DNA of 64,000 nucleotides from Lachnospiraceae bacterium (GTDB taxonomy: Bacteria; Bacillota; Clostridia; Lachnospirales; Lachnospiraceae), in contig JAAWBT010000035.1 of assembly GCA_022792835.1 (NCBI GenBank), forward strand, positions 610-64,609. Direction: 5' to 3'. The notes beneath the pieces were generated by a model. It did no database searches. It saw nothing but the letters and a program-made list of their open reading frames with translations, and was not told the origin of the DNA. Position 1 is the stretch's first letter. Each line of letters starts with the position of its first letter. Position numbers and translations under genes: made by a program. This document shows positions 51,370 through 60,553 of this stretch, piece by piece.

Positions 51370-51771
51370 ATGGACAATAATTTTATTAAATGCGGGCTTG
51401 CAGGCTGGTCCGCCGAACTGTGTTACAGCAGCCTGATTGCGAGAACCAGAGATCATGACAAACGGCTCATGGGACAGACCTCTCTTTACATGTTCCCCAT
51501 CTACGGCATGGCAGCTGCCATCGGGCCCATCCGGCAAAAACTATGTGCCCGCAGTGAATTTCTGCAAAAAAGTGCGGTCTGCCGCGGTGGCATTTATACA
51601 GGACTGATTTTTTTGACAGAATACTGCACTGGCTGGCTTCTCAGAAAGGCCGGACGCTGCCCCTGGGATTACAGCCAGGCAAAACTCAACATAAACGGCT
51701 TAATCCGCCTGGACTTTGCTCCCTTCTGGTTCGCTCTGGGACTGTTCTTTGAACATTATACTACCGCATAA
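51370..51771 (+). CDS. Small membrane protein, CmpB/TMEM229-like ('putative ABC permease')
   Basis: GW..E, G..S..MFPIYG, EY..G, CPWDYS, W...GL.FE; start taken at MDNNF. Confidence 0.7.
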   Translation: MDNNFIKCGLAGWSAELCYSSLIARTRDHDKRLMGQTSLYMFPIYGMAAAIGPIRQKLCARSEFLQKSAVCRGGIYTGLIFLTEYCTGWLLRKAGRCPWDYSQAKLNINGLIRLDFAPFWFALGLFFEHYTTA

Positions 51772-51779
51772 ATATCTCC

Positions 51780-51824
51780 TTGACTCCCCCCTACTTTTCC
51801 GCTATAATTAAATCACTTGATTTA
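51780..51824 (+). promoter_or_regulatory. sigmaA promoter with TetR-type operator
   Basis: TTGACT-17nt-TATAAT (51780-51808) immediately followed by palindrome TAAATCA-ct-TGATTTA (51809-51824). Confidence 0.7.
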
Positions 51825-51857
51825 AAACGGTTGATTTTATAAGAAGGGGGGCACTCT

Positions 51858-52439
51858 ATGCCGCCGAAAGCAAAATTTTCAAAAGAGGAAATCGTAAATG
51901 CAGCACTGGACCTTGTCCGGGCTCACGGCTTTGGGGCTCTGACTTCCAGAGCATTGGGCACAGCCCTTGGCAGCTCGGCAAGGCCCATCTTTACCGTATT
52001 CCAGAGTATGGAAGATGTGGCCCAGGCCGTAACAAAAGCCGCCAAAGAGCTTTATAAGGAATATGTCCAAAAAGGACTGGCCGAAAAGCCGGCGTTCAAG
52101 GGAATCGGAACCCAGTACATTCTCTTCGCCGTAAAGGAACCGAAACTGTTTCAGCTTCTTTTTATGACGGAACAAAAACAGGTTCCCGATCTGTCAGGGA
52201 TACTGCCCTTGATTGATGACAGCTATGAACAGATCCTCTTTTCCATTCAAAGGGACTACAAAATGGAGGAGGCGTCTGCCAGACGGCTCTATCACCATCT
52301 CTGGATTTATACTCACGGCATCGCAGTACTCTGCGCCACAAATATGTGCCGTTTCACCGGGGAGGAGATCAGTGAAATGATGACCGAAGTATTTACAAGT
52401 CTTTTCAAAACAAAGAAAGCAGGAAATAATCATGATTAA
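51858..52439 (+). CDS. TetR-family regulator (WHG-type C-terminus)
   Basis: MPPK.KF, N-terminal HTH, WIYTHG. Confidence 0.9.
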   Translation: MPPKAKFSKEEIVNAALDLVRAHGFGALTSRALGTALGSSARPIFTVFQSMEDVAQAVTKAAKELYKEYVQKGLAEKPAFKGIGTQYILFAVKEPKLFQLLFMTEQKQVPDLSGILPLIDDSYEQILFSIQRDYKMEEASARRLYHHLWIYTHGIAVLCATNMCRFTGEEISEMMTEVFTSLFKTKKAGNNHD

Positions 52440-53124
52440 GGTGACAGATATTACAAAATCTTACGGAAACAGAGAGAACCTGTTTCCAATATTAAGGGGG
52501 ATCAGCCTCGAAATCCAGGACGGCTCCTTTACTGTTATCCTGGGGGCGTCCGGTTCCGGAAAATCCACATTTTTGAATGTGATCTCCGGCCTTGAGCCTC
52601 CTGACAGCGGCAGGGTACTGTACGATAAAACGGATATTACCGCCCTTTCTGACAAGGCATTGACAAAATTTCGCAAAGCGGCCGTCGGTTTCATTTTTCA
52701 GCAGTATTTTCTGCTGCCCAATATGAATGTGGAAAAAAATGTAAAAATGGGCGCTGATCTGGCAGGTAACAAAGATTATAAAACCGTGATCCAGGCAGTC
52801 GGGCTTGGAGAAAAGTTACATAAATATCCCAGTGAACTTTCTGGCGGTGAACAGCAGAGGGTTTCCATCGCAAGGGCTCTGGCTAAAAAACCAAAGGTAC
52901 TCTTCCTTGACGAGCCGACCGGCGCTTTGGACGAACAGACTGGCAGACAAATCCTGGATTATATCTACAGGCTCCAAAAACAGTATGGCTTTACCATTGT
53001 CATGGTGACCCATAACGAGAACATCGCCGAAATGGCAGATACGGTTATAAAAATGAACAGCGGGAAAATTTCTGAAATAAATACCAATGAAACGAAGAAA
53101 ACCGCTTATGAGATTGGTTGGTGA
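52432..53124 (+). CDS. ABC ATP-binding protein (LolD/MacB type)
   Basis: [30 protein letters not shown]. Confidence 0.95.
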   Translation: MIKVTDITKSYGNRENLFPILRGISLEIQDGSFTVILGASGSGKSTFLNVISGLEPPDSGRVLYDKTDITALSDKALTKFRKAAVGFIFQQYFLLPNMNVEKNVKMGADLAGNKDYKTVIQAVGLGEKLHKYPSELSGGEQQRVSIARALAKKPKVLFLDEPTGALDEQTGRQILDYIYRLQKQYGFTIVMVTHNENIAEMADTVIKMNSGKISEINTNETKKTAYEIGW

Positions 53125-53128
53125 TGAT

Positions 53129-54277
53129 ATGGTTGTTGGAATCAAAGACGCGTCAAAGTTGATCGGAATTCTGATCGTTGTCTGTTGTGCAGTGCTGGTA
53201 TGTACCATGTTTATGAATTACCAGATGGATCTTGCCGCCGTCGAAAACGAAATCACATCAGGACAGATGAGGATTTTCTACGAAGCCCAGATGTCCACGG
53301 CAACCGTGGTCTGCGCAGTCAGCGGAGGCTGCCTGCTCCTCACTTCCGCCCTTATGCTCCTGTTTTATATCCGGCATTATATCGACACTCATAAAAAAGA
53401 GCTTGGCATCTTAAAAGCACTGGGCTGTTCTGACCTGAAAATCTCCAAAAGCTTCTTGGTCTTTGGCAGCAGTGTTTTTTTCGGCGCAGTCCTTGGCTTT
53501 ATGGGCGCATTTCTTTTGATGCCGTCCTTTTACCAGGTACAGAACGCGGACCAATTGTTGCCTGATATCTCCATACAGTTTCATCCTGCGCTGTTTGTCT
53601 TCCTGGTACTCCTGCCCACGGCTGTATTCGCCGCTCTCGCGGTCTGTTTTGCCTGGCATAAGCTGAAAATGCCGGTGATCTTCCTCTTAAAAGACGCGAC
53701 AGTTTATTCTGTCAAGAAAAAAAAGCGAAAAACGGCCGAAAAAAACGATCATTCCTTTTTGGAAGAGCTGAAAACAAATACCCGAAGGGACAAAAAGATC
53801 CTTGTATTTTTCATTCTGTTTGCGTCTTTCTGCTTTTCTTCCATGACGCAGATGTCCGCCAGCATGAAAGACCTGGGAAGTCTCATGATAGGAGCCTTGA
53901 TTCTGTTGATCGGAATCGTACTGGCCTGCACTACCCTGTTCCTCGCCATCACAACCGTCATTGGCGGCAATAAAAAAAACATCGCCATGATGCGGGTGTT
54001 CGGCTATTCCCAGAAAGAATGCTGCCAGGCTCTCCTCTACGGATACCGGCCTGTGTCCTATATCGGCTTTGCCCTTGGGACAGTATATCAGTATGTGCTG
54101 CTTCGGGTCATGGTGGATCTCGTCTTCCAAGATATCGGGAGCATCCCTGTTTACAAGTTTGATTTTCCTGTTATGTTCTTTTCCCTTGCCGCTTTTACAG
54201 TAACCTACGAACTGGTGATGTATTTCTATTCTGAGCGGATCAGGAAAATCTCCGTGAAAGAAATCATGATGGAATAA
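53129..54277 (+). CDS. FtsX-like ABC permease
   Basis: KKELGILKALG and KNIAMMRVFGY coupling helices; many TMs. Confidence 0.88.
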   Translation: MVVGIKDASKLIGILIVVCCAVLVCTMFMNYQMDLAAVENEITSGQMRIFYEAQMSTATVVCAVSGGCLLLTSALMLLFYIRHYIDTHKKELGILKALGCSDLKISKSFLVFGSSVFFGAVLGFMGAFLLMPSFYQVQNADQLLPDISIQFHPALFVFLVLLPTAVFAALAVCFAWHKLKMPVIFLLKDATVYSVKKKKRKTAEKNDHSFLEELKTNTRRDKKILVFFILFASFCFSSMTQMSASMKDLGSLMIGALILLIGIVLACTTLFLAITTVIGGNKKNIAMMRVFGYSQKECCQALLYGYRPVSYIGFALGTVYQYVLLRVMVDLVFQDIGSIPVYKFDFPVMFFSLAAFTVTYELVMYFYSERIRKISVKEIMME

Positions 54278-54379
54278 CAGGAACCCTTATTGGATGAACC
54301 GTAAAATCCCGTTGCCCATTTCGTCTCCTTCATGCTACAATACAGACAGAACATCCAAAAAACCGAAAGGAGACGTCAA

Positions 54380-55780
54380 ATGAACGATTTTTTGACCAAA
54401 ATCAACGACGCCATGTACACCTATGTCCTGCTGATTCTTCTGGTGGGCGTTGGCATTTACTTTACCATCCGCACCAGGGGAGTGCAGCTTCGGCTTTTGA
54501 AAGACGGTCTGAAATCCATGCTGGACAAGGCCCCAGAAGGCGAAAACGGAGAAAAGAAGGTGTCTTCCTTCCAGGCACTGATGATCTCTACAGCCTCCAG
54601 AGTCGGTACCGGAAACATTGCAGGTATCGCCACCGCCATCGCTGCCGGCGGACCGGGGGCCGTATTCTGGATGTGGCTCATGGCTGTCGTCGGGGGCGCT
54701 TCGGCTTTCATCGAAAGTACTCTGGCGCAGATCTACAAAATCAAAGACGGGGATCATTTCCGCGGAGGCCCCTCCTATTACATGCAGAAGGCTCTCGGCA
54801 AACGCTGGCTGGGTGTCCTGTTTTCTGTGGCCCTGATTATCTGCTTTGCCTATGGCTTCAATGGGCTTCAATCCTTCAATATGTCCTCCTCCCTGGAATA
54901 TTACATTCCTGGTTACAGTTCTACCCATATTCCCATGATTGTGGGACTTCTTCTTGCCGCCGCGACGGCTTTCGTCATCTGGGGAGGCGTCCATCGGATC
55001 GGGTTCATTACCTCCGTGCTGGTTCCAGTCATGGCCGTGATCTACATTCTGATCGGGCTTTTCACCATGATCACCCACATTGGGGAGCTTCCCCGTGTAT
55101 TCGCTGTAATCTTTGAAAACGCCTTTGATTTCCGGTCCATGGCGGGCGGTTTGGCCGGAAGCGCCGTTGTCATCGGCATCAAACGGGGCCTCTTCTCCAA
55201 TGAGGCCGGCATGGGCAGCGCCCCCAACGCCTCTGCCTCCGCCGAAGTGGACCATCCGGTCAAACAGGGGCTTGTACAGGTTATTTCCGTATTCATTGAT
55301 ACACTTTTGATCTGTTCCAGCACTGCCATGATGCTTCTCGTTTCCGGGATCCAGGGCGAGAGCGGCGTCATGGACGGCATCCCTTACGTCCAGGCTGCCA
55401 TCAGCGCCAACGTGGGAAACTGGGGCATCCATTTCATTACCTTTTCTATTTTCGCCTTTGCCTTCAGCAGTTTGGTCGGCAACTATTTTTATGCGGAGTC
55501 CAACATTTTGTTCATCAAGGACAATAAAATCCTCCTGAACGTCTTCCGCATCACCTGCATCGCGGCAATTTTCCTCGGCGCACAGGCAGATTTCTCCCTC
55601 ATGTGGAATATTGCAGATATCACCATGGGCTTCATGGCCATCATTAACATTCTCGTGATCTTCCTGCTGGGGAACACTGCCGTCAAGGCCTTAAAACATT
55701 ATGAAGCACAGAAGAAAAAAGGCGGAACGATCACCTTCCTTGGAGAAGACATCGGCGCCAAAGATACGGTGTGGAAGTAG
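54380..55780 (+). CDS. Alanine/glycine:cation symporter (AGCS)
   Basis: VGTGNIAG, GGPGAVFWMW, GGP.YY, RGLFSNEAGMGS; AAGGAG RBS. Confidence 0.95.
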   Translation: MNDFLTKINDAMYTYVLLILLVGVGIYFTIRTRGVQLRLLKDGLKSMLDKAPEGENGEKKVSSFQALMISTASRVGTGNIAGIATAIAAGGPGAVFWMWLMAVVGGASAFIESTLAQIYKIKDGDHFRGGPSYYMQKALGKRWLGVLFSVALIICFAYGFNGLQSFNMSSSLEYYIPGYSSTHIPMIVGLLLAAATAFVIWGGVHRIGFITSVLVPVMAVIYILIGLFTMITHIGELPRVFAVIFENAFDFRSMAGGLAGSAVVIGIKRGLFSNEAGMGSAPNASASAEVDHPVKQGLVQVISVFIDTLLICSSTAMMLLVSGIQGESGVMDGIPYVQAAISANVGNWGIHFITFSIFAFAFSSLVGNYFYAESNILFIKDNKILLNVFRITCIAAIFLGAQADFSLMWNIADITMGFMAIINILVIFLLGNTAVKALKHYEAQKKKGGTITFLGEDIGAKDTVWK

Positions 55781-55800
55781 AACAGAAGCTCTGGGTAATC

Positions 55801-55884
55801 GGGCAGGGGAGAGTTCTTTTCCCCTGCCCACTGCTCCCCTGTGTGCATACAAAAATTCCGGGAAACCCTATCGGTTCCCCGGAA
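55801..55884. terminator. Two hairpins between convergent genes
   Basis: GGGCAGGGG...CCCCTGCCC (55801-55829) and TTCCGGG...CCCGGAA (about 55856-55884). Confidence 0.55.
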
Positions 55885-55901
55885 CACAAAACTTATATTT
55901 C

Positions 55902-56441
55902 TTAATAATTCTTTGCATGGACCTCGAAATATGCCTGCGGATGGGCACAGACAGGGCAGACCTGAGGCGCCTTCGTACCAACCACGATATGGCCGCAGTT
56001 TCGGCACTCCCATACCTTGACCTCGCTTTTCTCAAACACTGCTGCCGTCTCCACGTTCTTTAAAAGGGCACGGTAACGTTCTTCATGGTGCTTTTCAATA
56101 GCACCCACCATACGGAACTTTGCCGCCAGCTCCGGGAAGCCCTCTTCCTCTGCCGTTTTGGCAAAGCCCTCATACATGTCGGTCCACTCATAATTTTCCC
56201 CGTCGGCGGCCGCCCCCAAATTTTCGGCGGTGGAGCCGATTCCCTCCAGCTCCTTAAACCACATCTTGGCATGTTCCTTCTCATTGTCCGCCGTTTTTAA
56301 AAACAGAGCCGAAATCTGCTCAAATCCCTCTTTTTTCGCTTTGGAAGCAAAGTATGTATATTTGTTCCTCGCCTGAGATTCCCCTGCAAAAGCCGCTTCT
56401 AGATTCTTTTCCGTCTGCGTTCCCGCATATTTATTCCCCAT
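55902..56441 (-). CDS. rbr: Rubrerythrin
   Basis: [20 protein letters not shown]...CPVC. Confidence 0.96.
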   Translation of the reverse strand: MGNKYAGTQTEKNLEAAFAGESQARNKYTYFASKAKKEGFEQISALFLKTADNEKEHAKMWFKELEGIGSTAENLGAAADGENYEWTDMYEGFAKTAEEEGFPELAAKFRMVGAIEKHHEERYRALLKNVETAAVFEKSEVKVWECRNCGHIVVGTKAPQVCPVCAHPQAYFEVHAKNY

Positions 56442-56516
56442 ATTTTTATCCTCCTGATTTCAGGAAATGCATTGGTCTCCCGATGCATTTCCAAACATAA
56501 CCTGCTGCAATCATTT

Positions 56517-57284
56517 TTAGAAACAAGTATAAGCTCCGTCCACAATAATGTCGCTTCCGGTGGTGTAGCCGGAGGCATCACTGGCCAGATACAAAACTGC
56601 AGGAATCAGCTCTTCCGGCTTGCCCATCCGGTGCATAGGCATGAGAGGCAGCCAGGCATCCTTAAGCTCCTTGGGAGTATCCACAGACATAGGAGTCGCA
56701 ATGTATCCGGGGCTTAAGCTGTTGACGCGGATTCCATACTCTGCCCACTCCAGAGCCAGGGAACGGGTCATATGCATCACGCCTGCCTTGGAGGCATTGT
56801 AAGAGCACTGCCACTGAGGAATGTTGGCAATGGTACCGGACATGGATGCCATATTGATGATGCTTCCATGGATTTTATTGTCCACCATGATCTTTGCCAC
56901 AGCGCGGGCCATAATGTACTCGCCGGTCAGATTGACGTCAATGACCTCTTTCCAGTCTTCAATGGAAGCCTCAAAGGTCCCCTGATGCTTGCAGATCCCT
57001 GCATTGTTGAACACCACGTCAATGTGTCCGGATTTCTTCATGATCTCAGAAAGAGCTGCGTCCACGTCTGCTTCCTTCGTCACGTCCGCCCGCACAAAGT
57101 AACACTTGCCGCCCTCAGCGGTAATCTTTTCGATGGTCTCGTCCGCATTGCTCCTGGCAATCACCACCACCTCAGCGCCCGCTTTGGCGAGGCCGATGGC
57201 CACTGTCTGTCCGATTCCACGTCCTCCGCCCGTTACAATCGCAACCTTTCCGGATAATCCGAATACTTCGTCCAAATAGCTCAT
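56517..57284 (-). CDS. SDR oxidoreductase (polyol dehydrogenase/ketose reductase type)
   Basis: TGGGRGIG, NNAG, ASMSG.I.N.PQ.Q..YNASK. Confidence 0.88.
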   Translation of the reverse strand: MSYLDEVFGLSGKVAIVTGGGRGIGQTVAIGLAKAGAEVVVIARSNADETIEKITAEGGKCYFVRADVTKEADVDAALSEIMKKSGHIDVVFNNAGICKHQGTFEASIEDWKEVIDVNLTGEYIMARAVAKIMVDNKIHGSIINMASMSGTIANIPQWQCSYNASKAGVMHMTRSLALEWAEYGIRVNSLSPGYIATPMSVDTPKELKDAWLPLMPMHRMGKPEELIPAVLYLASDASGYTTGSDIIVDGAYTCF

Positions 57285-57304
57285 AGTCTTTCTCCTTTTC
57301 TTTA

Positions 57305-57344
57305 TATAAATCTTTGTTGATCCTGATTATAAATCTTTGTTGAT
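57305..57344. repeat. 17-bp direct repeat duplicating the 3' end of the dehydrogenase gene
   Basis: TATAAATCTTTGTTGAT at 57305-57321 and 57328-57344. Confidence 0.85.
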
Positions 57345-58382
57345 TTTGATCACACCTTTGACGATCTCTGCCTTTTTGTTGATGCTGTCGTCCATGGCTC
57401 TCTGGGCGTCGTCCAGATCAAAAATATCCGTGACAATTCCCTTCAGGTTGACCTTGCCCGCTGCCACTGCCTCAATGGCCATGGGATAAATATGGCGGTA
57501 ACGGAATACAGTCTTGAAGGTCAGCTCCTTGTCCAGAGCCAGACTGACAGGAAGGGTCAGCTCACCGCTCTTGGAATAACCCACCAGTACGATAGTAGCG
57601 CCTTTTCTCGTACAGTGGATCGCCTGTCTGGTGGTGATCTCCGTCCCGGCCGTCTCAATGACCAGGTCTGCGCCCTTTCCGCCGGTGAGCCGCATCACCT
57701 CTTCTACCATATCCACGTTCTTGCTGTTGATCACGCCTGTGGCTCCAAGCTCCATAGCCTTCTCCAGACGCTTCTCCATAATATCGACCACATAAACCTT
57801 AGAGACTCCCATCGCCTTGCAGGCCATCATGGACACCAGGCCGATGCAGCCGGAACCGGTCACCACAGCCGTCATACCCGCCTGGGCACCTCCCTGTCTC
57901 GCCGCATGGAAGCCCACGGCCAAAGGCTCAATCAGCGCTCCCTCCAGAGTGCTCACATTCTCCGGAAGCTTGAAACACAGAGCCGCCTCATGGGCCACAT
58001 ACTCCTGGAACACGCCATCCACAGGAGGCGTTGCAAAGAAAATCACATCAGGGCAGAGATTATATTTCCCCTCCCGGCAGAACTCACAGTGTCCGCAGGT
58101 CTTTCCGGGCTCTAAGGCCACCTTGTCTCCCACTTTCAGGTGTTTCACATCTGCGCCCACTTCGACGACCACACCGCCGGGCTCATGTCCCAGCACAAAA
58201 GGCGGCTCCACAATGTAATCTCCGATACGGCCTGTCTCATAATAATGAATATCGGAACCGCAGATTCCCACGTAATCCAGCTTGACCAGCACTTCATTTG
58301 CCTTCGGCTTCGGGATCTCTCTCTCTGTAAATCCCATCTTCCCGATGCCTTCCATCACTGCTACTTTCATCTTGCCTTCCAT
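57327..58382 (-). CDS. Zn-dependent sorbitol/xylitol dehydrogenase-like
   Basis: GICGSD, GHE, C..C..C.......C, FATPP.DG, EPLAVG, FRY. Confidence 0.9.
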   Translation of the reverse strand: MEGKMKVAVMEGIGKMGFTEREIPKPKANEVLVKLDYVGICGSDIHYYETGRIGDYIVEPPFVLGHEPGGVVVEVGADVKHLKVGDKVALEPGKTCGHCEFCREGKYNLCPDVIFFATPPVDGVFQEYVAHEAALCFKLPENVSTLEGALIEPLAVGFHAARQGGAQAGMTAVVTGSGCIGLVSMMACKAMGVSKVYVVDIMEKRLEKAMELGATGVINSKNVDMVEEVMRLTGGKGADLVIETAGTEITTRQAIHCTRKGATIVLVGYSKSGELTLPVSLALDKELTFKTVFRYRHIYPMAIEAVAAGKVNLKGIVTDIFDLDDAQRAMDDSINKKAEIVKGVIKINKDL

Positions 58383-58417
58383 AATTTTACCCTCCTTGGA
58401 CAGCCTTCTCACAGCAA

Positions 58418-58478
58418 ACTTTCATAAAGCGTTTTATCTAAGTGTTTCTATTATCCCACGGAAATGACCATCTGTCAA
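58418..58478 (-). promoter_or_regulatory. sigmaA promoter with ROK/XylR-type operator
   Basis: TTGACA-17nt-GATAAT (58478-58450); imperfect palindrome ACTTtcATAAAgcgtTTTATctAAGT (58418-58443). Confidence 0.7.
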
Positions 58479-58517
58479 GTCCCCATAAGCAGGTTTCATA
58501 AATTTTTCCGCTTTTTC

Positions 58518-59639
58518 TCACAAAATTCCGTCAAAATATTCTTCGATAAACCGGATTCCTGCCCCAATGGCCGCCGCCTCATGTTTATATCGCCCTGTCC
58601 GGACATAGTTCTGGTCGGGACCGAAGATTCGATACTCATCGAGCTTATCCTCCAAGGCACCCAGGTAGCAGTCCATATAGCCCCCCACATAGCCGCCCAG
58701 AACCACGTCGCAGTCAAAGGCCATCCGGAGATTGGTGATGGCAATGGCCAGGAAATTCAAATATTCCCTCCACACGGTCTGATACACCGGATTTTCCCCC
58801 TCCAGTTCCCGGAAAAAGGCATCCAGATCATCTCCAGTCCAGCGGGCCAGCACGCCGGCCGCACAGTAGGCGTCCATGCATCCTGCCCTTCCGCAGTAGC
58901 AGCGCTTTCCTCCGGGGACCAGAATCATATGGCCAAATTCGGCTCCCCGAAAATGCGCTCCTTTGTAGATCCGGCCATTCATATAAATGGCGCCGCCCAC
59001 CGTATTGCTCAGAGAAAGATAAATGGTATCCTGGCTGCTGCCCCGAAGCTCTGCATAGGCAGCGCTGTTGGCGTCGTTTCGAAACCAGGTCCTCCAGGGA
59101 ATGTAACGGGAAATTTTGTCCAATTCAAAGTCTTCAACTTTTAATACATGGGACTGAGGCATCCGCTTTTTTTCTTCATCCACAATGCCGGGAATGGAAA
59201 TTCCCACCCCCAGAAGCCGCTCCCGCTCCACCTGATATTTATCCAGAAAAAAATCCAGCATTTCTCCAAGATTTTGATAATAGTCTTCACTGTCTTTAAA
59301 TGTGCAGCGAATCCTCTTTTTTCCGCAGATTCCACCGCCTGCATCCAGAAGCACAAAGCTCACATGGTTTCCCGTAATGTCAAGCCCCACCGCACAGCGG
59401 CCTTTTGACACAATCGACAATGCTTTTGCCTTCCTGCCTCCAGTAGACTCATACTCCCCTGTCTCTGCAATGATCCCCTCTTTTATAAGCTCCTTCACCC
59501 GCTGCAGCACTGTGGGCATAGAGAGATTCAGCGCCGTCGCAATCTCCTGCTTGGAAGCTTCCCCGTGATGATAAATATATTTTGCAATTTTGATTTTATT
59601 CAAGCGTTTTGTCTCGGTATTGCTTCCTTTTTGTTCCAT
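58518..59639 (-). CDS. ROK-family repressor
   Basis: N-terminal HTH, STGGRK, NDAN, EFGH, C.CG..GC. Confidence 0.92.
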   Translation of the reverse strand: MEQKGSNTETKRLNKIKIAKYIYHHGEASKQEIATALNLSMPTVLQRVKELIKEGIIAETGEYESTGGRKAKALSIVSKGRCAVGLDITGNHVSFVLLDAGGGICGKKRIRCTFKDSEDYYQNLGEMLDFFLDKYQVERERLLGVGISIPGIVDEEKKRMPQSHVLKVEDFELDKISRYIPWRTWFRNDANSAAYAELRGSSQDTIYLSLSNTVGGAIYMNGRIYKGAHFRGAEFGHMILVPGGKRCYCGRAGCMDAYCAAGVLARWTGDDLDAFFRELEGENPVYQTVWREYLNFLAIAITNLRMAFDCDVVLGGYVGGYMDCYLGALEDKLDEYRIFGPDQNYVRTGRYKHEAAAIGAGIRFIEEYFDGIL

Positions 59640-60422
59640 CTATGGCTCCTCTTTCAGACAGGCAAGAACTTTCTGATATTCCAGGCTTCCGCCAAACAGG
59701 TCCAGCGCACTTCCCACAGTGACATCCACCGCCCCTCTTCCCAGGCGTCTGACCTTTTCCAGATCCTCAAAACTTCCCACTCCTCCTGCATAAGTCACAG
59801 GAATCTTCGCCCACTCTCCCAGGCAGGAAAGCAGCTCCTCTTCCACACCGGATGCTTTTCCTTCCACATCGACCGCATGAATCAAAAACTCACTGCACAT
59901 ATCCGATAACTGTGACAAGGTATCCCCATTCACCGGGACCTCCGTAAATTTCTGCCACCGGTCTGTGACAATATAATAAATCCCGTCTCTTTTCCGGCAG
60001 CTCAGGTCCAGCACCAGCCGTTCTTTTCCCACAGCGTTCACAATCTTTTTTAAATTTTCCTCCTGAAATCTCCCGTCCCGGAACACATAAGAAGTCACAA
60101 TCACATGGGAAGCTCCCATGTCCAGGAATTCTTCCGCATTTTTTTCGTTGATCCCGCCGCCCACCTGGAGGCCGCCCGGATAAACTCCCAGCGCTTTCGC
60201 CGCCTGTGCCTTTGTGGCCGGATAATACTCTGACCCCTCCGGATTTAAAAGAATCACATGGCCGCCTAAAAGCCCGTCCCGTTTATAAAATTCCGCATAG
60301 AAAGCAGCATCTTTTTCGGACACGAAATTCTCTTCTGCCTGATTTTCTGTGTCCGACAGGCTCCCGCCCACAATCTGTTTTACCTTCCCGTTATGAATAT
60401 CTATACACGGCCTGAATCTCAT
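59640..60422 (-). CDS. hisA: ProFAR isomerase, eukaryote His6-type
   Basis: FRPCIDIHNGKVKQIVG, LVLDLSCR, DRWQKFT, EFLIHAVDVEG, GSALD.FGG. Confidence 0.9.
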   Translation of the reverse strand: MRFRPCIDIHNGKVKQIVGGSLSDTENQAEENFVSEKDAAFYAEFYKRDGLLGGHVILLNPEGSEYYPATKAQAAKALGVYPGGLQVGGGINEKNAEEFLDMGASHVIVTSYVFRDGRFQEENLKKIVNAVGKERLVLDLSCRKRDGIYYIVTDRWQKFTEVPVNGDTLSQLSDMCSEFLIHAVDVEGKASGVEEELLSCLGEWAKIPVTYAGGVGSFEDLEKVRRLGRGAVDVTVGSALDLFGGSLEYQKVLACLKEEP

Positions 60423-60553
60423 GGGCCTCTCCTCCTGCATATCCTTTTCTGTGCGGCAAAAAGCCGGAGGTGCAGCCTGCACATCTCCGGCCCGATTCCG
60501 TAAAAAGTCCTTTTTAAGACTCTTTCCTTTCCACAACAGCGCCTGCCAAAGCT

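Noticed and set aside
54335-55432. 365-aa minus-strand ORF
   Set aside because: Antisense to the AGCS symporter; no recognisable features.
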